Below are positions 19,800-29,368 of a DNA stretch of 64,000 nucleotides, piece after piece; the first letter of the stretch is position 1; every line of letters starts with the position of its first letter. This stretch comes from a phage, in sequence record PZ179883.1. One strand, 5' to 3'. A program made the position numbers and the translations under genes. Under the pieces are notes generated by a model, which had not been told where the DNA came from, made no database searches, and was given only the letters and a program-made list of their open reading frames with translations.

Positions 19800-20036
19800 C
19801 TATTCCTTACTGAGAGCAGCATTCAGCTTATTAGTAATTTTATCCAGACGCTCATTGAACTCACTAGAAGATAGTCCTTTTTCTGGAGAAATCAAACTAA
19901 TCACGAAAAATATAGCAATAAAAGGAATAAGGAAAATAGCTCCAACTGCCATAAACAAAAAGAATGTTACGGTTGTAAGAAAATCAGCTAAACCTTTACG
20001 AAATTTATACATATTTACCCTTAATTGATTAACCAA
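19800..20036 (-). CDS. Small membrane protein
   Basis: 78 aa with one long hydrophobic segment. Confidence 0.4.
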   Translation of the reverse strand: MVNQLRVNMYKFRKGLADFLTTVTFFLFMAVGAIFLIPFIAIFFVISLISPEKGLSSSEFNERLDKITNKLNAALSKE

Positions 20037-20126
20037 GCATTGATAAGCACTAAACTATATTGCGAATAAAATTCTGGACCAAAATGAAAAATCATATCAT
20101 TTATAGTGTCCATAATATAATTCAAT

Positions 20127-20597
20127 TTAATCATGTTTCCACACCCCATCGGTATTTGACCAAAGTCGCTGATTATCTGATCCTCGCCACAGCTTTTTGG
20201 TCGGAAGATTTTTCTCATACTTCCCATCAATAATAACATCAACATATTTAAGCATTTCTAGTTGTTTAATATCTTCAAATTTATATCCTGTCCACAACCA
20301 AATGCTTTTATTGGGATAAAGATTTTTTACTGTTTGAACAATGCAATGAACAACATCTCGGTTATCAGGATAGAGAGGGTCTCCTCCAGTTATAGTTAAT
20401 CCTTCTATATAATCATTATTCAAACATTCAATTAATTGTTCTAGTGTTTCACCAGTGAATGGAACGCCATTTCTAGCATTCCATGTTGATTTATTATAAC
20501 AACCTTCGCATTTATGCAAACAACCTGTAACGAAAAGAACGACCCTGCATCCAGGGCCATTCACAAAATCGCAGGGATAAAATCTATCGTAATTCAT
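20127..20597 (-). CDS. nrdG: Anaerobic ribonucleotide reductase activase NrdG (radical SAM)
   Basis: 156 aa; cysteine cluster GCLHKCEGC; overlaps nrdD stop. Confidence 0.9.
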   Translation of the reverse strand: MNYDRFYPCDFVNGPGCRVVLFVTGCLHKCEGCYNKSTWNARNGVPFTGETLEQLIECLNNDYIEGLTITGGDPLYPDNRDVVHCIVQTVKNLYPNKSIWLWTGYKFEDIKQLEMLKYVDVIIDGKYEKNLPTKKLWRGSDNQRLWSNTDGVWKHD

Positions 20598-22411
20598 TGG
20601 TGTTTAACCCTATGCATGATTTCTTTATTTTTGCCAAGATTAAATCCACGTTCATTCGGATTTCCCAAATAACCACAAGTTCTTCTTATTGTGTTCATCT
20701 TTTTAGGATCAGTTTCTCCACAAATAGAACAAACAAATCCGTTTTCAGTAGGAGTCATTTCATGGGTACTTCCACATGTAAAACATTTATCTACTGGCAT
20801 ATTAACACCAAAATAATCTAAATGTTGTGCAGCATAATCCCATACAGCCTCAAGACCCTTTAGGTTATTTTTCATATCAGGAAGTTCAACATAAGAAATG
20901 TGACCACCTGTCGCAATGAAATGATATGGGGCTTCGCGAGAAATCTTTTCAAATGGAGTAATATTTTCTTCTACTGAAACGTGGAAACTGTTAGTATACC
21001 AGCCTTTATCGGTAACATCTTTTACACTTCCATATTTTTCGGTATCAAGTTTACAGAAGCGATAGCACAGGTTTTCAGCAGGAGTAGAATACAAACTAAA
21101 AGCAAATCCAGTTCTTTCAGTCCACTGCTTAAGACGAGCATTCATTTTAGTTAAAATTTCTTGTCCAATATCACGACCGACAAGAATATTCAATTCGTGA
21201 ATACCGATGTATCCTAGGGACACTGAACTTCTACCGTTTTTAAATAACTCAATTATATCGTCATCAGGTTTAAGACGAACCCCGAATGCACCTTCTTGGT
21301 AAAGAATAGGAGCAACAGTCGCTTTAACTCCTTTTAAGGAACTAATTCTACACATCAATGCTTCAAAACATAAATCCATTCGTTCATTGAACAATTCAGT
21401 AAATTTCTGTTCATTGAACTGTGTTCCAATATAAGAATCTAACGCAATACGAGGAAGATTCAGTGTTACAACGCCAAGATTATTACGTCCATCAAGAATT
21501 TCATTACCAGTCGAATCTTTCCATACACTTAAGAAACTGCGGCAACCCATTGGAGAAACAGGAATAGATGAACCTGTGATAGCTTTATTGTTCTTAGCCG
21601 AAATGATGTCAGGATACATTCTTTTACTTGCACACTCTAGAGCAAGCTGCTTAATATCATAGTTCGGATCGTCTTTATAAAGATTAACACCTTCTTCAAC
21701 GAACATAACAAGCTTAGGGAAAATAGGAGTTATCCCATCACGACCAAGACCTTTAATACGATTTTTCAGAATTGCTTTCTGAATCATTCGTTCAGTCCAG
21801 TCAGTTCCCGTACCAAATGTAATTGTTACAAAAGGCGTTTGTCCGTTTGAACTAAAGAGAGTGTTTACTTCATATTCATAAGCTTGAAATGCATCGTATA
21901 CGTCTTTTTCTGTTTTAGATTGAGCATAATTCAACGCATCAGCGATTTGCCATTTTTCTGCATCCTCAATATGTTTTGCATAGGTGCGTTTAACATAAGG
22001 AGAAAGTACTTTATCTACATTCGCAAAAGTCGTTCCGCCGTATTGATGGGAAGCAACCTGTGCAGTAATTTGTGCCATAATTGCAGTAGCAACGCCAATT
22101 GATTTAGGAGTTTCAATCTGTGCATTACCGAGCTTAAACCCGTTCTCAAGCATTCCTTTTAAATCTACTAAACAGCAATTAGTAAATGGAAGAGCAGGGG
22201 AATAATCAATATCATGGAAATGAATAATTCCGCTTTCATGCGCTTTCATAATAAAAGACGGGACCATATTTTTGGCAATGTGTTTAGACACAATACCAGC
22301 CATAAGGTCCCGTTGAGTTGGAAAAACACGAGAATCTTTATTAGCATTCTCGTTTAAAAGGTCTTTATTAGTTTTATGAATCAATCCTTCAATTTCTTTT
22401 TCAATTGTCAT
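20594..22411 (-). CDS. nrdD: Anaerobic ribonucleoside-triphosphate reductase NrdD, uninterrupted
   Basis: 605 aa continuous ORF; C-terminal glycyl radical region and zinc-ribbon cysteines; no intron-like interruption. Confidence 0.95.
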   Translation of the reverse strand: MTIEKEIEGLIHKTNKDLLNENANKDSRVFPTQRDLMAGIVSKHIAKNMVPSFIMKAHESGIIHFHDIDYSPALPFTNCCLVDLKGMLENGFKLGNAQIETPKSIGVATAIMAQITAQVASHQYGGTTFANVDKVLSPYVKRTYAKHIEDAEKWQIADALNYAQSKTEKDVYDAFQAYEYEVNTLFSSNGQTPFVTITFGTGTDWTERMIQKAILKNRIKGLGRDGITPIFPKLVMFVEEGVNLYKDDPNYDIKQLALECASKRMYPDIISAKNNKAITGSSIPVSPMGCRSFLSVWKDSTGNEILDGRNNLGVVTLNLPRIALDSYIGTQFNEQKFTELFNERMDLCFEALMCRISSLKGVKATVAPILYQEGAFGVRLKPDDDIIELFKNGRSSVSLGYIGIHELNILVGRDIGQEILTKMNARLKQWTERTGFAFSLYSTPAENLCYRFCKLDTEKYGSVKDVTDKGWYTNSFHVSVEENITPFEKISREAPYHFIATGGHISYVELPDMKNNLKGLEAVWDYAAQHLDYFGVNMPVDKCFTCGSTHEMTPTENGFVCSICGETDPKKMNTIRRTCGYLGNPNERGFNLGKNKEIMHRVKHQ

Positions 22412-22881
22412 TTTAAACTCTTTCTAAGCTGCTTCTTAAATGAAGCTATTAACTGTGTTTTGGTGTCAGATTCATTATATTCAAATCCTCTTTGAAGCAT
22501 CTCGGCCATCATTTCCTCTTTTCCTAAACGAGAAAATTCCTTTGATTTATCTCCAACAAAGTTAGGGTGAATATTGTTTTGGGTGTAATCGGATTTTAAA
22601 TAAGTAAGTAAATTTTCTAACCATTCAAGATAATCAACACCTTGTCCCTTTAAGCCAGAACGATTAAATTTATGTTTCATTTGACCTTCTGCGGCATTGC
22701 AGAGATTACAAAGCAATCCACGTACCTTTCCTGCTTTTGGTCCATTTAATTCATGGTCATGATCAAGATGATTAGCTTGAACATCAGGATTTAGTTCTCG
22801 TTGGCAAATTAAACATTTACCGTTTTGTGCATCATAAAATTTCTGTTTTTCTTCTTTATATAATTTGCCAGTCAATAACAT
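22408..22881 (-). CDS. 49: Endonuclease VII (Holliday junction resolvase) gp49
   Basis: 157 aa, T4 endo VII length; zinc-binding cysteines and H-N-H-like core. Confidence 0.9.
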   Translation of the reverse strand: MLLTGKLYKEEKQKFYDAQNGKCLICQRELNPDVQANHLDHDHELNGPKAGKVRGLLCNLCNAAEGQMKHKFNRSGLKGQGVDYLEWLENLLTYLKSDYTQNNIHPNFVGDKSKEFSRLGKEEMMAEMLQRGFEYNESDTKTQLIASFKKQLRKSLK

Positions 22882-22921
22882 AATAAAACCCTTACCTTAA
22901 ATAGATAAGGGTATTTATTAT

Positions 22922-22977
22922 TTTTAAGTATTGTAAAACATTCGATGCAATCGTTTATACTGTCGAATCATCTTTTT
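22922..22977. repeat. Direct repeat copy 1 (about 52 bp) encoding a shared C-terminal tail
   Basis: aagtattgtaaaacattcgatgcaatcgtttatactgtcgaatcatc is about 88 percent identical to the copy at 23139-23190. Confidence 0.6.
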
Positions 22978-23100
22978 AGTAGGACGAGAATAGGTTCCTA
23001 CGCAAGTGGTCATATGAGGGTCCGTAGAATGTCCTTTAATAAAAAGTTTCCAAACCTTACCGCCATTTAACTTTTCAGTATAAACCAATTCGGTTTTCAT
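22924..23100 (-). CDS. Small ORF (58 aa) sharing its C-terminal 14 residues with pin
   Basis: Hand-translated as MKTELVYTEKLNGG...MIRQYKRLHRMFYNT; absent from the ORF track (below 60 aa). Confidence 0.3.
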   Translation of the reverse strand: MKTELVYTEKLNGGKVWKLFIKGHSTDPHMTTCVGTYSRPTKKMIRQYKRLHRMFYNT

Positions 23101-23113
23101 TAAAATGTCCTGT

Positions 23114-23218
23114 CAGAAAAAGAATTTTGAGTTTTTTCAAGTATTATAAAACATTTGATGCAATCGCTTATATTGCCGAATCTTTTGGTCAGAAAAAGAA
23201 ATTTGAGTTTCAAGCCAT
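23114..23218. repeat. Direct repeat copy 2 plus partial tandem re-duplication (cagaaaaagaa-tttgagttt motif twice)
   Basis: Second copy covers the pin 3-prime end; the motif cagaaaaagaattttgagttt recurs at about 23114 and 23188. Confidence 0.55.
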
Positions 23219-23640
23219 TCAATGTACTCTGCGGCAGCTTGCATCAGGTTACCTTCATAGCCATCGTTATTTTCTTGCGCAGCTAATTTAGCTAATGCGT
23301 ATGAAATACGTTCACCTTGAAAAGAGGCTTCAGGCTTCTGAACATCTTGGCTAGTTCTCTCTACAACTTCTTCAATTTCGCCATTTTCGACTGATTCAGT
23401 ATTCCACAAGCACCAATACGTAATTGGCTTATCGTAGATGTTAATAATCTTTCCGTCGGAAAGTTCAATTTCAATAATTCCAGTATCAGGTTCTATATCA
23501 TCTTCACATTCTTTTGCAAGTTCACGAACTTTAAAGACAGTACCTGCACTAAGTTCCGGCCAGTAATTACACAGCCCTATATCAACACGATTAATTCTAA
23601 ACCACTTATCTACTGTAATCATGTCCCATCTCCATATCAA
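23137..23640 (-). CDS. pin: Pin-like protein (protease inhibitor position)
   Basis: 167 aa ORF following gene 49 as in T4; assignment by synteny only. Confidence 0.5.
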   Translation of the reverse strand: MIWRWDMITVDKWFRINRVDIGLCNYWPELSAGTVFKVRELAKECEDDIEPDTGIIEIELSDGKIINIYDKPITYWCLWNTESVENGEIEEVVERTSQDVQKPEASFQGERISYALAKLAAQENNDGYEGNLMQAAAEYIEWLETQISFSDQKIRQYKRLHQMFYNT

Positions 23641-23744
23641 TTAAGTCATTTATCGTTGGTTCATTATATACTGTTTCTTCATCAGTGTAAACCGGTTCTT
23701 CCGGCTCTGGCTCTACAGTTTCCCATCTAGCCGCCCACCAAGGT

Positions 23745-23954
23745 TTAACCCCGAAGCTTATTAAGTTCTTCATAATCAATCCAGGATTCTAATCCTGATG
23801 GCAAATCAGATTCAATTTCCCAAAGAAGTTCTTCAATTTTCTGAAGACGATCTAATTCTTCGGCTGGAATAGTAACCATTGACGGAGTTCTTGATACACT
23901 AATATCGTAAATCATATTTACCCCAGTTTGACCATGCAATCGCCATATTTCCAT
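23745..23954 (-). CDS. Hypothetical acidic protein
   Basis: 69 aa ORF. Confidence 0.35.
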   Translation of the reverse strand: MEIWRLHGQTGVNMIYDISVSRTPSMVTIPAEELDRLQKIEELLWEIESDLPSGLESWIDYEELNKLRG

Positions 23955-24133
23955 TTAGAAATAGACTTTTCACCATTAGAATAATAAACTTCGAGTTTAG
24001 CACGATTATTTTTAATTTGAATAACCTTGGCTGTCATCAAAGTTCCATACCCGTAATAAACTGCGACTTCATCACCTACATATACCGCGCTTCCGCGGTA
24101 GTCATGGATATAATCAGTTCCTTCGAGCATCAT
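23918..24133 (-). CDS. Hypothetical protein
   Basis: 71 aa ORF overlapping nrdC stop. Confidence 0.4.
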   Translation of the reverse strand: MMLEGTDYIHDYRGSAVYVGDEVAVYYGYGTLMTAKVIQIKNNRAKLEVYYSNGEKSISKWKYGDCMVKLG

Positions 24134-24393
24134 TTAAAATATTCTCGCAGTTGGTCAAATCCACCAATATGACTTCCATCAGGAGCAAATACCTGGGGCA
24201 TTGTCAAGCCGATTTGAGTATCACGACCTAGTTTAGTCAGAAGCTCAGCAATTTTCTCATCATCAAAAACACCTTTTTCCGGCATAATGTTGATAAATTC
24301 AAACGGCTGTTTCTTCACGGTCAAAAGACGTTTTGCATTATCGCAATACACACATTTATGAATGTTGCTATCATAACCATATACTTTAAACAT
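24130..24393 (-). CDS. nrdC: Thioredoxin/glutaredoxin NrdC
   Basis: 87 aa with CVYC active site, matching T4 NrdC as I recall it. Confidence 0.88.
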   Translation of the reverse strand: MFKVYGYDSNIHKCVYCDNAKRLLTVKKQPFEFINIMPEKGVFDDEKIAELLTKLGRDTQIGLTMPQVFAPDGSHIGGFDQLREYFK

Positions 24394-24394
24394 A

Positions 24395-24685
24395 TTATTC
24401 CTTAATTCCTAGTACTTGTTTAAAAATCTCGTCATAATCAAGACTTTGGCCCGTTTGTTCTTTATGTTTGTATATAATATCACTTACTTCTGATAGCATA
24501 TTTTTATATGAACGAGTTAAAGCAGATTTAAGCACGCTATATCTATCAGGAAATTTACCATGTTCATTATAATAAGCTATTGCTAATTCACGGACTGCCT
24601 TTTCAGCAGTCTCCATATATTCTTTACGCTTGGTCATTTTCTTCTCGGTTAAATCGGTGTTTGCAATGACGACATTTATATTCAA
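24395..24685 (-). CDS. Hypothetical protein
   Basis: 96 aa ORF. Confidence 0.4.
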   Translation of the reverse strand: MNINVVIANTDLTEKKMTKRKEYMETAEKAVRELAIAYYNEHGKFPDRYSVLKSALTRSYKNMLSEVSDIIYKHKEQTGQSLDYDEIFKQVLGIKE

Positions 24686-24941
24686 GCTCTGGTTTACGCC
24701 AGTTAATCAATTGGACCTGTTCAGTACCACATTTTGGGCAGTTCGGAACATTCTTAGAAGCCCTTTCGCGGCGTTCAACCATAACCATAATGGCATCCCA
24801 AGCAGGAGGTTTAAAGTCTAGATCGTCACAGCCATGAATCTTTCCACGCATTTCTAAATCGTCTTCTTCACCAGCCATAATAATTTTAATTAGACTGGAA
24901 TTACTTGAAGCTGCAATATCTTCTAATAAGCGCTTTTTCAT
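24624..24941 (-). CDS. Zinc-ribbon protein
   Basis: 105 aa; CPKC...CRHC four-cysteine ribbon. Confidence 0.45.
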   Translation of the reverse strand: MKKRLLEDIAASSNSSLIKIIMAGEEDDLEMRGKIHGCDDLDFKPPAWDAIMVMVERRERASKNVPNCPKCGTEQVQLINWRKPELEYKCRHCKHRFNREENDQA

Positions 24942-25867
24942 TTCAATACCTCAATAGCATTACGTAAACCATTTGCTTTGGCGGTTAAAGCCTTAAGAAC
25001 TTTAGTATGCTCTTCAATCTGTTTTTCAACTTCAATTAAGCGTGTATTAAGATATTCGCGTTCTTCACTCAGGTTATCAATCTTTTCTACTTTAGGTTCT
25101 TTTACAACTGGCTTATATGTATTAGGGTTCTTCAGTTTAATTAGAATGCGTGAACTGTACAGCATTGAACCATTATCTTCGGTTTCGTCATACATTTCCA
25201 CTACGTCCATCATCTCCACCATCGTGCAGAGTTTATAAGACAACGAACGAATAGTTTTGTTGTGCTTATTAATTTCTCTAGCTGTCATGGTGCCGAGATT
25301 ACGTGAGTAATAATAAGGAACCTGGATATTAATTAATACTGATGAACCACCTGGCTTGTGTGTTACTTCATCAGCAATAACCCAGTCCTTAACATGAACT
25401 GTATTTGTACGGTCATCGCCCGCGGTAAATAGTTTACGAGCATGCTTAAAAAGCATATTCACTTGGTCATTGAATTGACAAGCGAATTTATCAGCAAATT
25501 TAGTTTCAGGAATGGTAGATAACCAATCAGCCAAATGGGTCTTTTTAACATCGTTAACAATAGTAAATTCAACCAAATCGGTTATAGATGTCGCAGATTT
25601 AATGAAGCTCGGCTTCATAAAGTTTTTAATGTTATCACTAGCTACAGTAGAAGATAACAGACGAGAACGTTTAAACCATTGAAGCAAATTGCCTAACGAA
25701 TGAGAATAAGCGTTTTGAGTATCTTTACAGATATGATTTTCCTGGCTAACATATTGAAGGAAATCACGAAGAATATTATTAATTACTGCTCTGTGCCCGA
25801 TCTGATAATTACGATGTTTAGTAATAAGACTGTCAAAATAATCAATATAATGTTTACGAGTTTTCAT
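24938..25867 (-). CDS. Coiled-coil-tailed paralog A (unknown function)
   Basis: 309 aa; C-terminal 45 residues are a heptad coiled coil. Confidence 0.5.
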   Translation of the reverse strand: MKTRKHYIDYFDSLITKHRNYQIGHRAVINNILRDFLQYVSQENHICKDTQNAYSHSLGNLLQWFKRSRLLSSTVASDNIKNFMKPSFIKSATSITDLVEFTIVNDVKKTHLADWLSTIPETKFADKFACQFNDQVNMLFKHARKLFTAGDDRTNTVHVKDWVIADEVTHKPGGSSVLINIQVPYYYSRNLGTMTAREINKHNKTIRSLSYKLCTMVEMMDVVEMYDETEDNGSMLYSSRILIKLKNPNTYKPVVKEPKVEKIDNLSEEREYLNTRLIEVEKQIEEHTKVLKALTAKANGLRNAIEVLK

Positions 25868-25919
25868 GTTCTTCTCACTTAGTTAATGATTTATACTCCG
25901 AGCCATCCTTGGCTTTAAA

Positions 25920-26921
25920 TTACTTAATTAACTGTAAAGCTTGTTCAAGACGATCCAGGCGATTAACAGATTCTTCCCAAATCCTTTTAGCCTGTTCATA
26001 TTCTTTCTGCGCTTTATTAGAAATTTCTAGAGCTTCTTTATAAGCTTTTTCTAATGCAATAACTTCTGGACGAATTTCTACCGATTCAGGTGAATCATCA
26101 AGATTATCCATTAGTTCCTCAAGGGTAGTTTCTTCTTTAGGAGTATTCACAATTTCTTCGCATTTTTGTTGGTAAATTTCTTTATCAGTAGGTGAGTACG
26201 CACACTTTACTTCACGAAGACTAACTACAATTTTGTATCCTTCCCAACCGCACACATTCTTAAAAGGATAAGTATGAATATTTTCGACTGTTTCCATACA
26301 AAGTAGTGCAGTCTCTAATTGACGAGTTATATCACTAGCAATTGAGAAAAATTTATTAATGTTCTTTTGATTAGCTTCTGGTGTAAAAAATTCATAATTC
26401 ACAAAAATAGCTGCTTTATTTTTATCAAGCTCATATTCTTTTATGATAATCATATCAGAAGCCCAAGGATGAATTTGACGATAATCACCATAGCATAATT
26501 TAGAAGCTGATTTTAGAATTTGCTTTTTGAAAAGTCTGAAATTACTAATCCAACGACGAGTAAAAATATTCTCAGGGTCTTCTTTATTATTAAGATGATA
26601 AGAATTAACATCACCGAACCAATTATATCCTACTACATCTTTGGTTCGTTTAATTTCTTTCCCAAAATTACCAAGAATATCCTGATTAACTAAATATGAA
26701 AGAAGACGAGAACCTTTAAAGGTTTCCTTAATATCACCTTTATCTTCGCGACTAGAAATTTTATGAACTTCATGAATAAATTTGCTGGAAGAAACAATGC
26801 TTACATCAATATTATTGAGCCATTGATTGATAATGGAAATCACGCTATTCTGACTAGACACAGGTTTAACTTTATCATCAATAACGCTGTTGAATGATTT
26901 GATATATTCATTACGAGTCAT
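25920..26921 (-). CDS. Coiled-coil-tailed paralog B
   Basis: 333 aa; shares an FRxxxKQILKSASKL-type segment with paralog C; coiled-coil tail; own early promoter. Confidence 0.5.
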   Translation of the reverse strand: MTRNEYIKSFNSVIDDKVKPVSSQNSVISIINQWLNNIDVSIVSSSKFIHEVHKISSREDKGDIKETFKGSRLLSYLVNQDILGNFGKEIKRTKDVVGYNWFGDVNSYHLNNKEDPENIFTRRWISNFRLFKKQILKSASKLCYGDYRQIHPWASDMIIIKEYELDKNKAAIFVNYEFFTPEANQKNINKFFSIASDITRQLETALLCMETVENIHTYPFKNVCGWEGYKIVVSLREVKCAYSPTDKEIYQQKCEEIVNTPKEETTLEELMDNLDDSPESVEIRPEVIALEKAYKEALEISNKAQKEYEQAKRIWEESVNRLDRLEQALQLIK

Positions 26922-26944
26922 ATTAATCTCCTCAGTAGAAAGTA

Positions 26945-26985
26945 AGAATATTATACCACATCCCTGTGGTAAAGTAAACTAGTTC
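26945..26985 (-). promoter_or_regulatory. Early promoter upstream of paralog B
   Basis: TTTACT N17 TATAAT on the minus strand. Confidence 0.5.
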
Positions 26986-28001
26986 AGTGCATTTAGTGCA
27001 TTGTTCAGTTTAGAACGTTGCTTCGTGAGATTTTTGACTTTTTCTTGAGCTTTTTCTAGCATCTTTTCAGCTTCTAGCACTTCATTAGTTGCTTTAACGA
27101 GTTCATCATCTACTGCCTTGATAGACTTCTCAATCGCATCTGCATGCCATTTTTCAACAGGTTTAAGACTCGGATTTTCAATAGGAAGAAAATTCACTTT
27201 ATTGAATTTCCATGCATCTTTATTACCTGAACTATACATCCAAAATTTAGGATCGTTTGATGAGTAATTGGATAAATTTAAGTTATCTTGCACTTCCTGC
27301 TTTTTCTCTTGTGTGACTTCGTCCTTTCTCAAAAAATCGTATTTAAATGAAACGATCATATCAAGTTCATATGTTGTTGTATGTTCCCAATTTCGCTCAA
27401 AACGAGGTAAAATCTTAGATTGAACAGCAGCAACAACATCCATATACTTAAATGCTTCTGTTAACTGCGATTTAAGGCATTCACAAATTGAAAGAGAATT
27501 TTTTGTATTAGGTTTAAAGCTAATTCGTGCAGTTCTATTATTTTCTTTTAATGGTCTTACTTCCATCTGAAGAGTATAACCATCAAATTTCAGATTCTTT
27601 AAGTTAATATCAGAACCTTTTAATCGACTAGCCGTCGACAAAATTTGCTTTAATTGTCTACGGAACAGAGCAATAAATCTCCATTCAATACGATAATGAT
27701 TTGGATTGAAAAATCCAGATGATAAATCGACCTTACTTTGACCAACGCCTTGAACAAATAGAGGATTTTTATAATCAATAGTTTTACAGAAATCGGTGAG
27801 CTGTTCACGAGCAGTCATTTGTGTAATATACCCTGCTTTACTAAAATTACGCACCCATTCACTGCTATTCGTATACTTAAAGTGATGAATAACACGATTA
27901 ACTTTATCAGGGTCTAAATTATTTTCACACAAAAATGTCATAACATCACGAGTATAGCTGGCATTACGAACCATATCTTCAATTTGAGAACGAGTTTTCA
28001 T
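26979..28001 (-). CDS. Coiled-coil-tailed paralog C
   Basis: 340 aa; similar architecture; coiled-coil tail. Confidence 0.5.
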   Translation of the reverse strand: MKTRSQIEDMVRNASYTRDVMTFLCENNLDPDKVNRVIHHFKYTNSSEWVRNFSKAGYITQMTAREQLTDFCKTIDYKNPLFVQGVGQSKVDLSSGFFNPNHYRIEWRFIALFRRQLKQILSTASRLKGSDINLKNLKFDGYTLQMEVRPLKENNRTARISFKPNTKNSLSICECLKSQLTEAFKYMDVVAAVQSKILPRFERNWEHTTTYELDMIVSFKYDFLRKDEVTQEKKQEVQDNLNLSNYSSNDPKFWMYSSGNKDAWKFNKVNFLPIENPSLKPVEKWHADAIEKSIKAVDDELVKATNEVLEAEKMLEKAQEKVKNLTKQRSKLNNALNALN

Positions 28002-28009
28002 GGTGTTCC

Positions 28010-28897
28010 TTAAGATTTAAGTAAATCAACGATTTTAATTAATTTTTCACGCTCAGATTTAGCTTTACTACTCAATCCAGATAGTCTGAAAATTTCATCA
28101 TCATATTGCTGAATAGAAATATTTAGCTCTTCAATCTGCTTATTAAAATAAGCAATTTGTTCAGAATGTTTTTCATTACTGCGAACTGGTACAGGTTTTG
28201 TAGGTAATTTAGTTGAACTGGATTCATCTGGGCGATAAATTAAAATACAACTTGAACCGATAGGGCATTTTGCACCAGATGAATATTCTAATGTTCCAGC
28301 TTCTTTTAAAACTTCAAAAGCTAAACAGAGATGATGCCCCATATTAACATAATCTGTAGAGCGAGCTCTGATGTAATAATCATCTCCACGAGTACTAAAT
28401 TTAAAGCATTTAAGGTCTTCTGTATTATTGGTCTTAAAAATCATTTGTTTATCTAGACCTTTAGCTAATCGAGCGCCTAATGCTAATAATCGTCGTTGAT
28501 TTTCCCACAAATCCGCTATCATTTGGTCAAATGATAATTTCGGCATTAGTCGACCATAAAGGTCATATCCTTTATTATAATTGCGAAGGATTTCACTCGC
28601 ATTAATACGAGACAACGCTCCAATTTTATTAAGGGCTTTCATGATGCGATTAGATAAACCCATTCCAGATCCGTTTGTTCGTTGCAAATGTTTATCTAAT
28701 CCAAACCCAATATCAACTTTAAATTTATCTAAAATTTCAGCATGAACATCTCTGTCAATAACATTCAAATCCAAAGTTGGGTTAAATCTATGAAAAAATT
28801 TATCTGGCTCTCCACGACGAAGTACAGTCCATTCATTTAATTTTTTATTAACTAAAGATTTAATTACTGCATTGACATTATTAATTACTACTGACAT
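28010..28897 (-). CDS. Coiled-coil-tailed paralog D
   Basis: 295 aa; RRLLALGARLAKG segment parallels B/C; coiled-coil tail. Confidence 0.5.
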   Translation of the reverse strand: MSVVINNVNAVIKSLVNKKLNEWTVLRRGEPDKFFHRFNPTLDLNVIDRDVHAEILDKFKVDIGFGLDKHLQRTNGSGMGLSNRIMKALNKIGALSRINASEILRNYNKGYDLYGRLMPKLSFDQMIADLWENQRRLLALGARLAKGLDKQMIFKTNNTEDLKCFKFSTRGDDYYIRARSTDYVNMGHHLCLAFEVLKEAGTLEYSSGAKCPIGSSCILIYRPDESSSTKLPTKPVPVRSNEKHSEQIAYFNKQIEELNISIQQYDDEIFRLSGLSSKAKSEREKLIKIVDLLKS

Positions 28898-28908
28898 ATT
28901 TTTCTCAC

Positions 28909-29313
28909 TTAATTTTCAATTTTACTAAATACACAGAATATGATGGAAAAGACTATATAAGCACCGCATACAGATTGAACTAATACCATTCCAAAGAACC
29001 AAACAATATTATCAAACAATGTCTGTTTTACGTCGAAAGGACGTAAACTTACAGTAATATTATCACCTTTTTCTATTGAAGAATACATCTCTGGGGAAAT
29101 ATATTCACTAAATCTATAACCGTCTTTGAGTTCATATACAGCAATAAACGATAAACTAGACCCCTTTCCTTGAGTTCCTGTAATAGTATTAACTACAGTA
29201 ACATCATAATCTTTATAATGCATATAATCATTAATAGCATAATAACCATATGCAACTACTACACATAAACAACATATCAATAAATTCAATCTTTTAATTA
29301 TCAACTGTTTCAT
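28909..29313 (-). CDS. Membrane protein (two transmembrane helices)
   Basis: 134 aa with hydrophobic N- and C-terminal segments. Confidence 0.45.
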   Translation of the reverse strand: MKQLIIKRLNLLICCLCVVVAYGYYAINDYMHYKDYDVTVVNTITGTQGKGSSLSFIAVYELKDGYRFSEYISPEMYSSIEKGDNITVSLRPFDVKQTLFDNIVWFFGMVLVQSVCGAYIVFSIIFCVFSKIEN

Positions 29314-29368
29314 AATAATCTCAATTAAAAGGGCTTAGAACCATTATACCATCCTTGGTATAAAGCGG

